DNA from: Alloascoidea hylecoeti
Lineage: Eukaryota
Assembly: GCA_001600815.1 (NCBI GenBank)
Contig: BCKZ01000003.1
Span: 62,001-126,000 of the forward strand
Direction of reading: 5' to 3'
Length of the DNA: 64,000 bases
Shown here in pieces: positions 1-11,576 of the stretch; within the stretch, counting starts at the first letter, position 1; the number at the start of each line of letters is the position of its first letter. The notes beneath the pieces were generated by a model, which worked only from the letters and a program-made list of their open reading frames with translations, was not told where the DNA came from and ran no database searches. Made by a program: the position numbers and the translations under genes.

Positions 1-1532
1 CTTCTATGTGAATTTGTATTTGAAGTTGAAGTTGAAGTTGAATTTGAATTTGCTTTTGAAGTTGAAGTTGAATTTGAATTTGAATCTGTATTTGCAATTG
101 CAATTGAATTTAAATTTGGACTAGTGCTAATACCAGAAATTGTATTTGAAGGCAATGACCTTCTTTTATTATGATTATTTGCATTTGAAATTGTATTGGT
201 ATTAGTTGGACTAATATTAGGACTTATTGGTACAAAGTGCACTGTTGGGGTAGATGACGATATTGGGATAGGATTAGCAACAGTATGATGAAAGGTTGGG
301 TTAAGTTCGTATAAATCTGATCTTAATTCATTGAAAATATTGGGATATTCTAATATTGTTGAATGACTGCTACCAATATCATTACCAATATCATTACCAA
401 TATCATTACCAATATCATTACCAATATCACTACCAATATCATTACCAATATCACTACCAATATCACTACCAATACTATCATCACTAGTGTTATCAGTATT
501 ATTAATTTGTGTCTGTTCTTTTAATTCCGGTATTAAATCTTTTAATAATCCAATCCAATCTTTATATTCATTTAAATCATCAATCCAAAAAGCATATTCT
601 TTATAACTAAAATCTCTTTGGCGCTCGAAGATTGTGAAGCAATAATGTTCATTTCCATTTTTATTTGATTGTTCCTTCCATAACTTGCAATAAGATAATT
701 GTGATAATTTAAGTGATATTGAAAATAAAATAGTTTTCTTTTCATAACCACTTATTGATTTCTCATAAACATTTAAATAAGATTGACTTACAATTGAATA
801 TCTCATTTTGAAATTCCAACCCCCATTTAAAACATTCTTCTTTCTTTTTATAGTTAAAAAGCCTTCTTTTAAAATCAATTCATTTGTAATTGGCATAATA
901 CATGGTGAAACATCTGTTGATAATAATTTGCAAATTTTAATTAAAACATCTTTTGGTAAAATTGGTACTGATAAAATACTTGAAAAATAATTTGTTAAAT
1001 TTTGATAACTATTTGATACTGAATGAAAATTTGAATGTAATGATAAAAAATATGAAAATTTTGGTAAATTGGGTAAACAAAAATTATCTAATCTTTGATT
1101 TTTTAAATCGTTATCAAACTTCGTTAAATCTGCATGACTTTTAGAAACCCTCCATAATTCTTTATTGGTATTCTTATCTGAACAGATTAAATCATAAAAG
1201 CAAGTATTGTTTAATTTTTTTTTAACATGATTAATGTTTATATTTCTAAGGCTTTTACTTCTCAATTGATTAGTATTCATATTATCATTATGGGTTTTAA
1301 AGCTAGAAGTAACTTTTATTTTGATATCTTTTAATTCTGATGGTTGAACAAATAGTTTCAAATTTGGATCAATTTTATTATCATCTCTCATTAAAATAGC
1401 AAACGAACGAATCCCAACATTTTTATCTTCACTACAGCTAATGGATTTCGAATCTATAGCCAGATCTGAATCATATGCATTAGTTGTTAACTTAAGGACT
1501 TCATCTATAGTTGGTGGTACTGAAAATTCCAT
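1..1532 (-). CDS. PX-PH domain protein (Bem3-like architecture), partial; runs off the window edge
   Basis: ATG at 1532 (MEFSVPPTIDEV) opens a frame with no stop seen before base 1, so it is absent from the ORF track. PX-like segment ELWRVSKSHADLTKFDNDL...LPNLP; PH-like segment LKEGFLTIKRK...GWNFKMRY...EYKDWIGLL; then low-complexity Ser/Asn repeats. Confidence 0.65.
   Translation of the reverse strand, partial: MEFSVPPTIDEVLKLTTNAYDSDLAIDSKSISCSEDKNVGIRSFAILMRDDNKIDPNLKLFVQPSELKDIKIKVTSSFKTHNDNMNTNQLRSKSLRNININHVKKKLNNTCFYDLICSDKNTNKELWRVSKSHADLTKFDNDLKNQRLDNFCLPNLPKFSYFLSLHSNFHSVSNSYQNLTNYFSSILSVPILPKDVLIKICKLLSTDVSPCIMPITNELILKEGFLTIKRKKNVLNGGWNFKMRYSIVSQSYLNVYEKSISGYEKKTILFSISLKLSQLSYCKLWKEQSNKNGNEHYCFTIFERQRDFSYKEYAFWIDDLNEYKDWIGLLKDLIPELKEQTQINNTDNTSDDSIGSDIGSDIGNDIGSDIGNDIGNDIGNDIGNDIGSSHSTILEYPNIFNELRSDLYELNPTFHHTVANPIPISSSTPTVHFVPISPNISPTNTNTISNANNHNKRRSLPSNTISGISTSPNLNSIAIANTDSNSNSTSTSKANSNSTSTSTSNTNSHR
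371..474. repeat. 12-bp coding tandem repeat TACCAATATCA(T/C), about 8.5 copies, encoding (G-N/S-D-I)n
   Basis: Directly visible tandem units inside the minus-strand ORF. Confidence 0.9.
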
Positions 1533-2231
1533 TATTTGAATATTTTTAGAAGTGTATAAAAATTTTAAGAGATGATATGTAATTGAATAATGAAGAATGA
1601 TAAATGCACTTTGATTGAAAATATAGCCTATAGCTTACTTTTCGTTTAGATGAATCTAGCCTTATTTAGCCATGCACAAACAAGCTAATTTATTGCTTGT
1701 TTTCCTGTTTCGTAAATGACATGAACTCATAATACACAAGGATTTATATGCTAAAAGTGTCATTTTGGTTTGCTTTTTATTTTATCAATATTCTTTCTTA
1801 ATTATTGTTATTTTTGATTGCTTCGTGATTATCCCTTTTTTTAACATGGGATGTTAAAGATTAATTTGATTTAAATCATTAAACGCAGGGATGCAGATGA
1901 CCGTTAGAGTACAAAGAAACAAATGTATGACACACTTTCTACAACTAGATAATTAATGTAATATCAATTGAATATATTCAGTATATTTTTGGATTTTATT
2001 AATTTGAAAATTATACTTATGCCAGACCGGACAAATTAATAACTAGCTTGTCGATAAAGATATGCAGAATGACCAATAAATTCTTATTATCGAGAAAATA
2101 TAAAGAGAATCTATAATTGATTTTTTCAGCTAGGTTTAAACTAAATCCAGACTCTCATAAAAGTGATTTCAACTAATATTATTGTGAATTTGTGATGGAT
2201 ATTTAATTTCGTGAACTTGAAAGACAATATG

Positions 2232-2249
2232 GTGTGTGTGTGTGTGTGT
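2232..2249. repeat. (GT)n microsatellite
   Basis: Visible run gtgtgtgtgtgtgtgtgt. Confidence 0.9.
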
Positions 2250-2664
2250 TTGTTATTTGATCTCACTAGTAGAGCTGTGCTAACATGTAATTTAAACTTT
2301 GATGGATTTTAGAACATCGATGAGCTCGAGAGCTTAGTTTAAGCTTAGATAGAGATATCAACTATAAGTTATATTTACCGTGTTGGAAATTGATATAACC
2401 TATTTTAAATTTTGAGTTGTGCTAGTCAAGTCGTTGAAGTTAAATATCCTACAGAAATGATCTAATTAATTATTAATTTAGCGCTTTTTTAGTTTTTGAG
2501 TGTTTTCGATGACTTATAAAATCTGCAACTTCATGGCTGGATTTAGGAGTGTGTAGGTGTTGTTTCGGCCCAGAGAAACTAAAAATTCGGTGTCAGGGTA
2601 AGGCAATGTTTGGATTTTCTTTCATCACTTATTAGTGTCACAATTTGGAGAATTTGTTCGGTTA

Positions 2665-4260
2665 TTATTTACTGATTACCTTTAGTGACGATTTGGCTCT
2701 CTTGTAAAATACTAATTCGCCATTTTTTGTAGCATAAAAAGATATAATGTAATAATTAAGTAAAGTTATATCATTTAGAAAATTTTGTTTTCTATCTCCG
2801 CAGGATCTAATATTATAACTAATAATTTCTTTTTGTAATGATGATGTAATTGCCATGATTATGATAGGTATGTCGACGGTCAAACTAGGATTTAGGCATC
2901 TCTTTTTAATCCCACTCCTTCCCACAAAATAAAAAGCCAAAATTATAACCAGCCACTGTATATTAAACAGATCCTTAAACAGCTCTTAAAACATTGCACA
3001 ATTATCTGTAAATCTTAGAGATTCTATTAGCGTATAGGAATTGAAATTGTAAGTTCCATACTTAGTGTTGGTGCCCTTAACATAAACTGCCACCCCATGA
3101 GGTATAGAATCAGTCATATAATTAAGGATATACTGATGGGGTGGTCCCAGTATTGTGAAAGAAACATAAGAATTAGGTGTTTTTTTCGCCTTGAAAAAAT
3201 ATGCAAAGCTCATAGTCGCAATTCCTGCCATGTGATGAACTTTTATGAGGATTCCAGATGTGCTAGCGCTCAATTGGGTTTAGCCCCACTCTAACATATC
3301 TATATCCCTTTTCACAAAACAAATTCATCGTGATTTGAGCTTTTTGGATAGTTATGATCTTCTTCTTGAGTATCAGACATTCGGGAATCTCATCAGAGCC
3401 CTCTTCCCGAAGATGGAATGTATGATGCCACATTTTTTTTTCCAATTAGGATCCCCAACCACAGTGAATTACGACCTCCTTTCCAAATTTCAGCACATAC
3501 CATAAGACTTATAGACTCAGAATTCCCTTTACCATTAATAGTTTTTGTTTCAAAGGCTTGATATGGCTGCTGTGGCTGTTGTAGAGCATATAATTTTTTT
3601 ATCTGAATCCTGTAACGACCTAACATTCGTCATGATCACTATATAGAACACCCTTATATTTACAGGATTATTCTTATTTAAATAATACTATTTACTTGCA
3701 GAAAAGATTCCATATTCATGTTTTTACAGATGCGTTCTTAGGTGGTCTTTGAGATGAACTTTGAAGCCTACTCCTCATAGATATTCAAAGGAAGAGCTTT
3801 CACAATCCTCAAAATTTGGTTTATTGCATTTTCAGTAAGTTCTACAGGCCTTCTTATTTAATAAGGTGTTACACTGGAATAATTGTGGCATATACATTTA
3901 CGGTGAACCACAACATTAAAGGTGCAACATCAAGTCTTCCAATTATTCAGCAATTGAGAAGTCATATTCCAAACTTGAATTACGTCAAATATCGCTTAAA
4001 TAAATTCTAGATGATATTCTGTGTGTCTATTAAAAAATTTGAAAAAGATCACCAAAATTTGATTTAGAAAGTTCTCGCATGCCAGTGTGTTCGCGCACCC
4101 TTCTCCTAAACGTAAATTCCATAGTCTTTTTCACTACTCTACAACCGCCAAAAATGGTAAAATCAAAAAGAAGCATTAGAGATCTTGTATCAGGGGAAAA
4201 GGAAGTGAAGATACTTAAAGCCATGACAAGAAGTCGTATTTATCCCCATACATCAAGCAG
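2665..4260 (-). pseudogene. Degraded Crypton/Ndc10-like tyrosine recombinase remnant
   Basis: Consecutive minus-strand ORF fragments are broken by stops and frameshifts; 2986-3273 and 2665-2940 share one frame across a single TAA. Motifs appear in an order resembling CryptonF/Ndc10 domain II: NVRSLQDSD; FETKTINGKG...NSLWLGIL; W...IQKA...K..RYVR; YMTDSIP...G...GTY; ELFKDLF..W. Boundaries are approximate. Confidence 0.45.
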
Positions 4261-5488
4261 GTAGATTTCAAGCAATACCGGGTTGACACCGTTAAAATCA
4301 TGTTAATAGAACACGCCGTGGACAATTCACCATCCATATAATTATACCGAGCAATAAAAAATGGGGAAAAGAATCCACTAACTAATCTGCTACTCTTCTT
4401 TGCAAAAGAGATGTTATTGGTCGAGAAAAAACTGATTTTTTGTCTCTTAGATCAGTTGATTAATCAATATTCTGGGACATGACGCGCACCCGTACCCACC
4501 ACCCAAATACCAACCAAGAATCCCATTATGTGAATGTCAATTGGGTGAATGGGTTTCTACAGAGGAATCCGAGTATTTCTACAAAAATACAAAGGGGTTA
4601 GATTCATATCGGTTTCTTAGCAGCAATAAAGGGAACCTCGATCAGTGGTTTGAAATACTAGTTGGGTTAACGCCATCATTATCAGTCGGAGAGTAATCAT
4701 AATTGTGAAGAAACTGAATCTTGGCTGGGAAAGACATTCAATAAATCGCTCTATTTTCACTTACAAAAGAGCTAAATTTTCCACCTTCATTTAAGTGTGT
4801 GCCTGATCCCACCGCCCCTAATTGTAAAAGAAAAGAAAGCTAGAAAGGGTTGAATAGAAGATGGAAATCCACAGGTTGATTCTCTGAGACAGGCATGAAT
4901 TAATAATTACTATAGGGTAAAATTATATTAAAAAACTGCAACTGTGTAAAACTAAAGAAGGAATTATTTTCGAAAGAAAAGATAATGATTATCTTTGCTA
5001 TTGTTACCTATAGGATAAGTAGCTTACATATATAGAATATCCAATTAATTCATATTTATTTGTGTTGTTGGTGGTTGTTTTAATTAGATTTTGGTTTTGA
5101 GTGTGCAAGTACACTGGCGCCATGCTAGATCTAGATGTGGGACTACAATGTATTAAGATACCGGAGAAGTTCGAGATTTCTATCTTACATGCAGTTGTTG
5201 TAATCTCGATTATAATTATATAGTGTTATTTGACGTTAACGTTTCAACACTAAAGTATTCTTGGGGACATTTTAAGATAGATTTAAAAAGATGTTTTTTT
5301 TTTTCGTTGTGCTGTGTCTAAAAAAACAGATTAAGGTGGCCCTATGTATTTTCTACCTCTTTGATATTATACATATGTCAATTATGATTATAACGTTAAA
5401 AAAAAGGTAAGAATCTTTTCTCTCGAGCTCCTTTTCTTCCATTACCACCAGTAATTAATCAATACTATAATAAATATATCATATAACT

Positions 5489-5701
5489 ATGGAAAAAGCT
5501 CATTTGATATTAGAAATCGATCAAGATAAGAAGGTCGAACAAACTTCACCACAACAAAATTACGGTACTAGAGTAACTGACTTTTTCAAATCAATTGTGA
5601 CTTATATAAAAAATCGAAGAAACCGACCTCAAAACAAAAACACCAACCAATCCGAAGAAGTGTTATTATATCGATTCATCAGCACTTTTTGGACTTCCTA
5701 A
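5489..5701 (+). CDS. Orphan 70-aa ORF, possible small protein
   Basis: ATG in A-rich context after a pyrimidine tract and TATA-like sequence; hydrophilic protein; no family recognised. Confidence 0.3.
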   Translation: MEKAHLILEIDQDKKVEQTSPQQNYGTRVTDFFKSIVTYIKNRRNRPQNKNTNQSEEVLLYRFISTFWTS

Positions 5702-6442
5702 ATATTCCTAAATATTTGAAATTGGATATGGTTTTTTATAAAGTTATGTCATTCATTTAATCTTTCATAAATTTAATTAAAATTCTAACTCGAGACTACT
5801 TAGCTTCGATGAGGAAGTCATTATCAATGTGAGAATCCTCAAAATTTAAAACCCATTTTCTCTTACCTATTATATTCTTTCACCAATGTTCTTTTCTTTC
5901 ATTCTTCAAGAGACCATCATTATCTTCTTTTCTGTTTTTTTTCCCAAATTTTAACGCATGTATGTATTTTTATCCAAATGGCAAAGTATTTTGATATAAG
6001 TATTCAGCAAACAATTTTGGAGAGTATTTACGATGAAGAATTTGTGTATCTTATATTTCTTCATGTTTATAAATTATCAAATTTTCCTTGTTAGCAACTA
6101 AGGATGTGTAATATTGTAATATTCTAATTGTGGTGAATTCATCAAATAATTCAAACAATCTGCAACATTACAGTAAGTATTTGAGCTCTCAAACTAATAA
6201 TAAATAAAAAGAGAGAGTAAGATTTAGTAGAAGATTTGCATGAGTAATTCCTAGATTCCAAAATACCTAATATTAATATTAGTATAGATAGTGAAAATGG
6301 AAATGGAAAGTTTAAGGTAATAAAAGAGGCTTGCTTCATCAAAAATTTTAAAAAGTGCTAATAAAAATTTATAGCCTCATCTTCTCTTTTTGAAAAAATC
6401 CAAATCTAAATATCAAATTCAGTTGAAAAATTATTATATACA

Positions 6443-6745
6443 ATGAAAAGTACACTACCGGTTACAGAATCTAAACCATCCTACATTTCAAGAAATAACT
6501 ACAGACAAAACATTTGCAATTGTATGGTTAAAAAATTTTGGGGTGTTTTGATTTATTTAATAGCCATATTTACAGTTGCCATTTATGCTATTGAATACTA
6601 TTTTAATGGGGAAATTTCACAACATTTGTTATGTTATTCTATTGTATGTATGGTTTTTCTACTTGGGGTAATGATGAAATGTAGAAGGTTTATTTCAAAG
6701 TTGGAAGCTTCTAATTGTGATAATTGTTACAGTCTTTCAACATAA
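6443..6745 (+). CDS. Orphan 100-aa protein with two predicted transmembrane segments
   Basis: Good ATG context (ATACAATG); two hydrophobic stretches, FWGVLIYLIAIFTVAIYAI and LLCYSIVCMVFLLGVMM. Confidence 0.4.
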   Translation: MKSTLPVTESKPSYISRNNYRQNICNCMVKKFWGVLIYLIAIFTVAIYAIEYYFNGEISQHLLCYSIVCMVFLLGVMMKCRRFISKLEASNCDNCYSLST

Positions 6746-6955
6746 TAATCATTTACATCTTTATATTCAAGAAAATTCAGTTAACGGTCAGAGAGGTAAT
6801 AGTGATTTTTAAAATTAACTAACTTTACACTTGCCTAGTACCGTCAATGGCTATTATGGTTGAGTCTATAGACATTTAAAGTATAAGTTTAAGCTTAATT
6901 GACTTATGCTTAATTATCTGAAATTAATAGCTATAAGATATTTATTTATAACAAT

Positions 6956-7879
6956 TTATAATTGTTTATTTTTCCTTTCCATTTCTAAAAATTGATCCCA
7001 AGTTTGAACTAATTCATTTTTTTCATTTCTTTCATCTTGTAATTGTTTTTTTAAATTTTTTAATTCATTATTTAAATTATCATTTAAATTTTTTAAATCA
7101 TTTAACTTTGATTGAAATTTTAATTGTAAATTTTTTTGTAATAAATTAATTTTTGATTCATGTTTTGAGTTATATTGATCATATAAATCTTTTGATAATT
7201 TAAGTAATTGTTCATTTAAGTGAGATTCATTTTTTTCATTTATACTTTGAAGTTGAAGTTTTAAAGATTTAGTTTCTTCTTGTTGTTGTTGTAATTTTGA
7301 GTTTAACTTATTAATTGTATTGATATATTCAACATCATTAGATGGTGGGTCATGATGATGGATCGGAGGCGATGGATGAACTGCAGTAGCATGGTCATGT
7401 TGGATGGAAGGGGAGTTTGAGATTGAGATTGAGTTCGGGGAATCATCATTATTATTATTGAATTGAATTATGCCAGACATTCTTTTGTGGGTTCCACGGG
7501 GATTTGTTGCAATAGGTTCAGTTCTTTTAGAATCAGGAGTTGTTAATTCTTGTTTTCGAACTATGTTCTTTGTTATGCTTGTAGAATAAGAATTTGCTTT
7601 ATCGGTGAATACATCATCTTCATCGTTTTCATGGAAACTACCGAACAGTTTGGAGTTTGGGGTTGCACTGGTAGTGGCTATAGATCTGAACTTCGGAGTC
7701 AGATTGATACTTGGGACAGAAGACTCGTTTGCGCGTCTTTTATGCCTTTGGTGTGGAGTTTCAAAATCGTTCGCTCTTTTGGTGGGCTTCAAAGAAATGC
7801 CATCCTTTACGGTGGACGATATGGTTGGGATGAAAGGCGAGGACACCAGCTCCTCCAAACCGACGGTCTTTGAAGACAT
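6956..7879 (-). CDS. Slk19 / fungal TACC-family kinetochore-spindle coiled-coil protein
   Basis: Disordered N-terminus with S/T-P sites; C-terminal coiled coil with DLYDQYNSKHESKINLLQK, the Slk19/TACC signature. Confidence 0.65.
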   Translation of the reverse strand: MSSKTVGLEELVSSPFIPTISSTVKDGISLKPTKRANDFETPHQRHKRRANESSVPSINLTPKFRSIATTSATPNSKLFGSFHENDEDDVFTDKANSYSTSITKNIVRKQELTTPDSKRTEPIATNPRGTHKRMSGIIQFNNNNDDSPNSISISNSPSIQHDHATAVHPSPPIHHHDPPSNDVEYINTINKLNSKLQQQQEETKSLKLQLQSINEKNESHLNEQLLKLSKDLYDQYNSKHESKINLLQKNLQLKFQSKLNDLKNLNDNLNNELKNLKKQLQDERNEKNELVQTWDQFLEMERKNKQL

Positions 7880-7928
7880 GGTACAATATGTGATGGAGTT
7901 TACAAGTTCATCGAGTACCAGAGGGAGA

Positions 7929-8021
7929 TGACGTAAGCGGTGACGTAAGCGGCATCAGGTGACGGTGCTTACGTAACCACCCACTAACAACCCTTAAAGG
8001 CAGGCTTCAACGGCGCACGTG
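7929..8021. promoter_or_regulatory. Divergent promoter with tandem CRE/ATF-like sites and a CACGTG E-box
   Basis: TGACGTAAGCGG twice in tandem (7929-7952), TTACGTAA at 7969-7976, CACGTG at 8016-8021, between the Slk19-like gene and CAR1. Confidence 0.55.
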
Positions 8022-8135
8022 CCAAACCTCTCCAGCACCTGCACTTAACGGTCTTCACGAGACCTCTGCTCTCAGCTCTGCGGAACTTAAATAGAAGCCT
8101 GTTCCCCCCAGTTCTCTATTTTCCCAACAATAACA

Positions 8136-9127
8136 ATGACCAGTAAGTGTCTCTTATCAAAGCCTGCGATGCGGTGTTCTGTGCTGGTGCTAACTATGTA
8201 GGAACTTTTCAATATTTCGCTCAGCAAAAAGCTGCCTTTATCACCGCCCCATTCTCAGGTGGTCAGGACAAAGGAGGTGTAGATGAAGGGCCCAGCCACA
8301 TTCTTGACAAGGGAATAGTGGACCAGGTCAACGGTCTCGGCTGGTCTACTCGTGTTGAGGAACTGGAGTTCCCGCTGGTAGCAAACGATGAGCCCGTCGG
8401 CCATCTCAAACGTGTCCGCAATGTGTCCGAAGCATGCCAGAAGATTAGTAACGCAGTTTCGAATTCGTGCGCGAATGGTGAACTGCCCGTCACAATCGGA
8501 GGTGACCATTCCATTGCAATCGGTACCGTCTCTGGTGTTCAGAAGGTTTATCCCGATGCCTGCTTGCTATGGATCGATGCTCATGCCGACATTAACACTC
8601 CAAAGTCTTCTCCAAGTGGTAATATTCATGGAATGCCGGTTTCATTCTTATTAGGAATTGCTGAAGGTTGTCCAAAACAATTGGAATGGGTACCAAAGTG
8701 TCTTTCCCCCGATAGAATAGCTTACATTGGTCTAAGAGATGTCGATTCAGGTGAAAAGGAATTATTAAAGAAACATAATATTGCTGCTTTTAGCATGTAT
8801 CATGTTGATAAATATGGTATTTCAAAAGTAATTGAAATGGCTTTGGCAAAAGTTAATCCAAATAATGATAGACCAATTCATGTATCATATGATGTTGATG
8901 CCATTGATCCAATGTTTACTCCAGCTACTGGTACTCCTGTGCGTGGTGGTTTAAGTTTAAGAGAAGGCCTATATATACCTGAAGCAATCGCTGAAACTGG
9001 GAAATTGGTTGCTTTAGATGTCGTTGAATGTAATCCAATTTTAGGCAGTGAAGATCATCATGTTTTGGATACTGTTAGTGCTAGTTGTTCCATCATAAGA
9101 TGTGCTCTTGGTGAAACAATTGTGTAA
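8136..9127 (+). CDS. CAR1: Arginase; exons 8136-8142 and 8202-9127
   Basis: [21 protein letters not shown] and SYDVDAIDP motifs. Intron GTAAGT(8143)...GCTAAC...TAG(8201) gives MTRTFQYF. Confidence 0.95.
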
Positions 9128-9273
9128 TTATAAATTTTAGTTGTGTATATAATATATAATATGAAATCACGAATCATGTATTCACATGTCTTATTTGTGC
9201 ACGTCATGTATAAAAACAGCAATCATTCTTTGTCTTTTTTCCTTACCACTTCAATCACAAAATCATAAAAAAA

Positions 9274-10026
9274 ATGTCCAAAACAATTAACGTTTCTCAT
9301 ATTCCTTCTTCTGTTACCAAAGATCAAATTTCAGAATTCTTTTCTTTAAGTGGCAAAATCGATACCGTTGATTATCCTGTTGATATTACTACCGATGCCA
9401 CTGCAAATGACACACATACTGCAAAGGTTACATTTGTTTCTTTAGAAGCAGTGTCATCTGCTTTATTGCTAGATGGTGCTATCCTTGGTGGGTCTGCCAT
9501 ATCGATTGTACAATCTGATTCTACCACCACAGCCACTTCTACTGGAGAAGTTGGTGATGCTGGCGATCAGGGTGATGCACCTCAAGAAATCAAACCAAAA
9601 GCCGCTATTTTAGCAGAATATTTATCAAAAGGTTATGTTTTATCTGAACAAGCCCTTGAAAAGGGTATTGAATTTGATAATAAAAATGGTATATCAATTA
9701 AATTTAAAGCATTTTTAAATTCAATAAATGATAAATATAAAATTGAAGAAAATTTAAAACAAGTTGATGAAAAATATAAAATTCAAACAAATGTTAAAAC
9801 TAAATTCAATTATTTTGCAAATTATTTTGAAAACTTAATTGAATCAAATCAAACTGGTTTAAAAATTAAAAAATTTTATTCTGATGTTGTTTATGATGCT
9901 GCTTTAATTCATGAAGAAGCTAAAAGATTGGCCGAAATTGAAATTGAAAAGAGTAAAAATATTAATGTTACTCCATCTATTAGTAATACAGCTGATGCTA
10001 ACATTACTAAAGAAGAGAAAAACTAA
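9274..10026 (+). CDS. Vip1-like RRM protein
   Basis: N-terminal RRM (EFFSLSGKI...ALLLDGAIL) followed by QEIKPKAAILAEYLSKGYVL, typical of fungal Vip1. Confidence 0.75.
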   Translation: MSKTINVSHIPSSVTKDQISEFFSLSGKIDTVDYPVDITTDATANDTHTAKVTFVSLEAVSSALLLDGAILGGSAISIVQSDSTTTATSTGEVGDAGDQGDAPQEIKPKAAILAEYLSKGYVLSEQALEKGIEFDNKNGISIKFKAFLNSINDKYKIEENLKQVDEKYKIQTNVKTKFNYFANYFENLIESNQTGLKIKKFYSDVVYDAALIHEEAKRLAEIEIEKSKNINVTPSISNTADANITKEEKN

Positions 10027-10563
10027 TGTTGTTTTATCCATATCATATTATATGTCATTTTTATAGTTAATCATATAGGTCTACATTTTATTCATTATCG
10101 TATCTATCAAATGTCTATTTTTTTCTGTAAGAATAAATAAAGTTTATGCAATTATAAGCCACTGCGGTTGTGGTTGTTCAGCTATAAACTTATAGTTCGT
10201 ATTCGTCACCTTAGTCATATAGGATCATCGCATTTTTTGTTTCTGTTCACGTTTATAAATGGATTTTACCTATCAATCGATATCCATATCGACATCACTT
10301 CTAATTAAGAAAGAGAGAACCGAGCCTATATTAATATTATAGTTGATTCGGCTGAATGATGTCACCAGTTAGCATGGCTATGAGTTCGAACAGTCTGGCT
10401 ATCGGGCACCGCCTCATCTTCTCACAATTATTGGTTTTGCTTCCTCTCTTGTGGTGTTTACTGATCCCATCTGTCAGTGGGTTTCTGAAGACAGTATCTA
10501 CCGCTGAGTATCAAAAATATACGCTAGCATCGCCAAATATGCAAAAAAAAAGAAAAAGGGAAA

Positions 10564-10635
10564 CTCGGCAACGGGGAATTGAACCCCGGTCCCCCGCGTG
10601 ACAGGCGGAAATTCTAGCCACTAAACTATTGCCGA
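10564..10635 (-). tRNA. tRNA-Asp(GTC)
   Basis: Reverse complement TCGGCAATAGTTTAGTGGCTAGAATTTCCGCCT-GTC-ACGCGGGGGACCGGGGTTCAATTCCCCGTTGCCGAG forms a cloverleaf and is followed by a T-run terminator. Confidence 0.95.
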
Positions 10636-11143
10636 ATTGCTTTTCCATCTTCACCAAAACGTATATCATTTAGATTTTATAAGAGAAAATCCTCTCTAAT
10701 TGTAAAAAAAAACTCTTAAACATTTGCCAGTTAACCGAAATTTCTTTTTTCTATAAGTTGGGTTTTCTGTTTCTTTTATTAGTTTTCCCTTGTTTACTTA
10801 TTTTCTTCCATTAATGGGGATTTCTCTATGAGCGAGGACCCATTTTAGGGTTACTGGTATTGACGACCTCCAATCTTCTCGTCGATGAGAAGATGTTTAT
10901 GGTCTGCTACCTCTATGTCACTCCTCTTTTATAGCTGCTTCGCATCGCTTCCGTGGTGGGTGAGTTTTATGCACTGCTGGTGGGAGTGCGATTTTTCTAC
11001 ACGTTATATTCTTTCTTAATTATAATGTGGTGACCCTCAAAATTTAATACTTTTTCTTATTTCTAAAACTTTAGCGATAAAAAGAATCTAGGTTCTTCAA
11101 TTGGTGTGTATATAAAATAATTCCATCAAACCTCCATAGGAAT

Positions 11144-11227
11144 GATGCGGTGGCTCAATGGTAGAGCTTTCGACTCCAGCTAATGGTTGAAATCGAAGGG
11201 TTGCAGGTTCAATTCCTGTCCGTGTCA
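11144..11227 (+). tRNA. tRNA-Trp(CCA) with 12-nt intron (11180-11191)
   Basis: GATGCGGTGGCTCAATGGTAGAGCTTTCGACT-CCA-G[intron]ATCGAAGGGTTGCAGGTTCAATTCCTGTCCGTGTCA closely resembles yeast tRNA-Trp; downstream TTTTT terminator. Confidence 0.93.
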
Positions 11228-11576
11228 TTACGTTTTTGTTATTTCAAATCTTCATTAAAAAATATCTTCTTCACCTTGATCTTAAAATAGACTCAGATGC
11301 TATTGTTCATTTAGTAAATGTTGAAAGACGGGGACTGATTCTTAGATATAAATAAATACAAAATAGACATTGTTGTACCCTCAAGGTATAGCACTTTTAA
11401 ATAATTCTATACTTACGTTTTAACATTTTTATAATTTATAATAAAATGATAAAGTAAAAAAAAATTTTGAGCACTTACTAGTATTAATACCACACACTGT
11501 AATTAATTGTCTTCTTTACTTTATTCATGTACATGTTATATCATATCTAATTACAAGTATTCATTACTCTGAAATA

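Noticed and set aside
371..474. Tandem repeat as a possible CRISPR array
   Set aside because: No spacers; it is a 12-bp coding minisatellite in a eukaryotic gene.
10216..10230. TAGGATCAT resembling U3 snoRNA box A
   Set aside because: It does not continue as TTCTATAG and no other U3 boxes follow.
10356..10601. 81-aa ORF
   Set aside because: Its end overlaps the antisense strand of tRNA-Asp and it has no recognisable motif.
10873..10894. Hairpin ATCTTCTC/GAGAAGAT between the two tRNAs as an LTR relic
   Set aside because: No TG...CA ends, target-site duplication or second copy is visible.
11169..11197. Shortened anticodon stem in tRNA-Trp (UGA-readthrough type)
   Set aside because: The stem TTCGA/TCGAA is a normal 5 bp.
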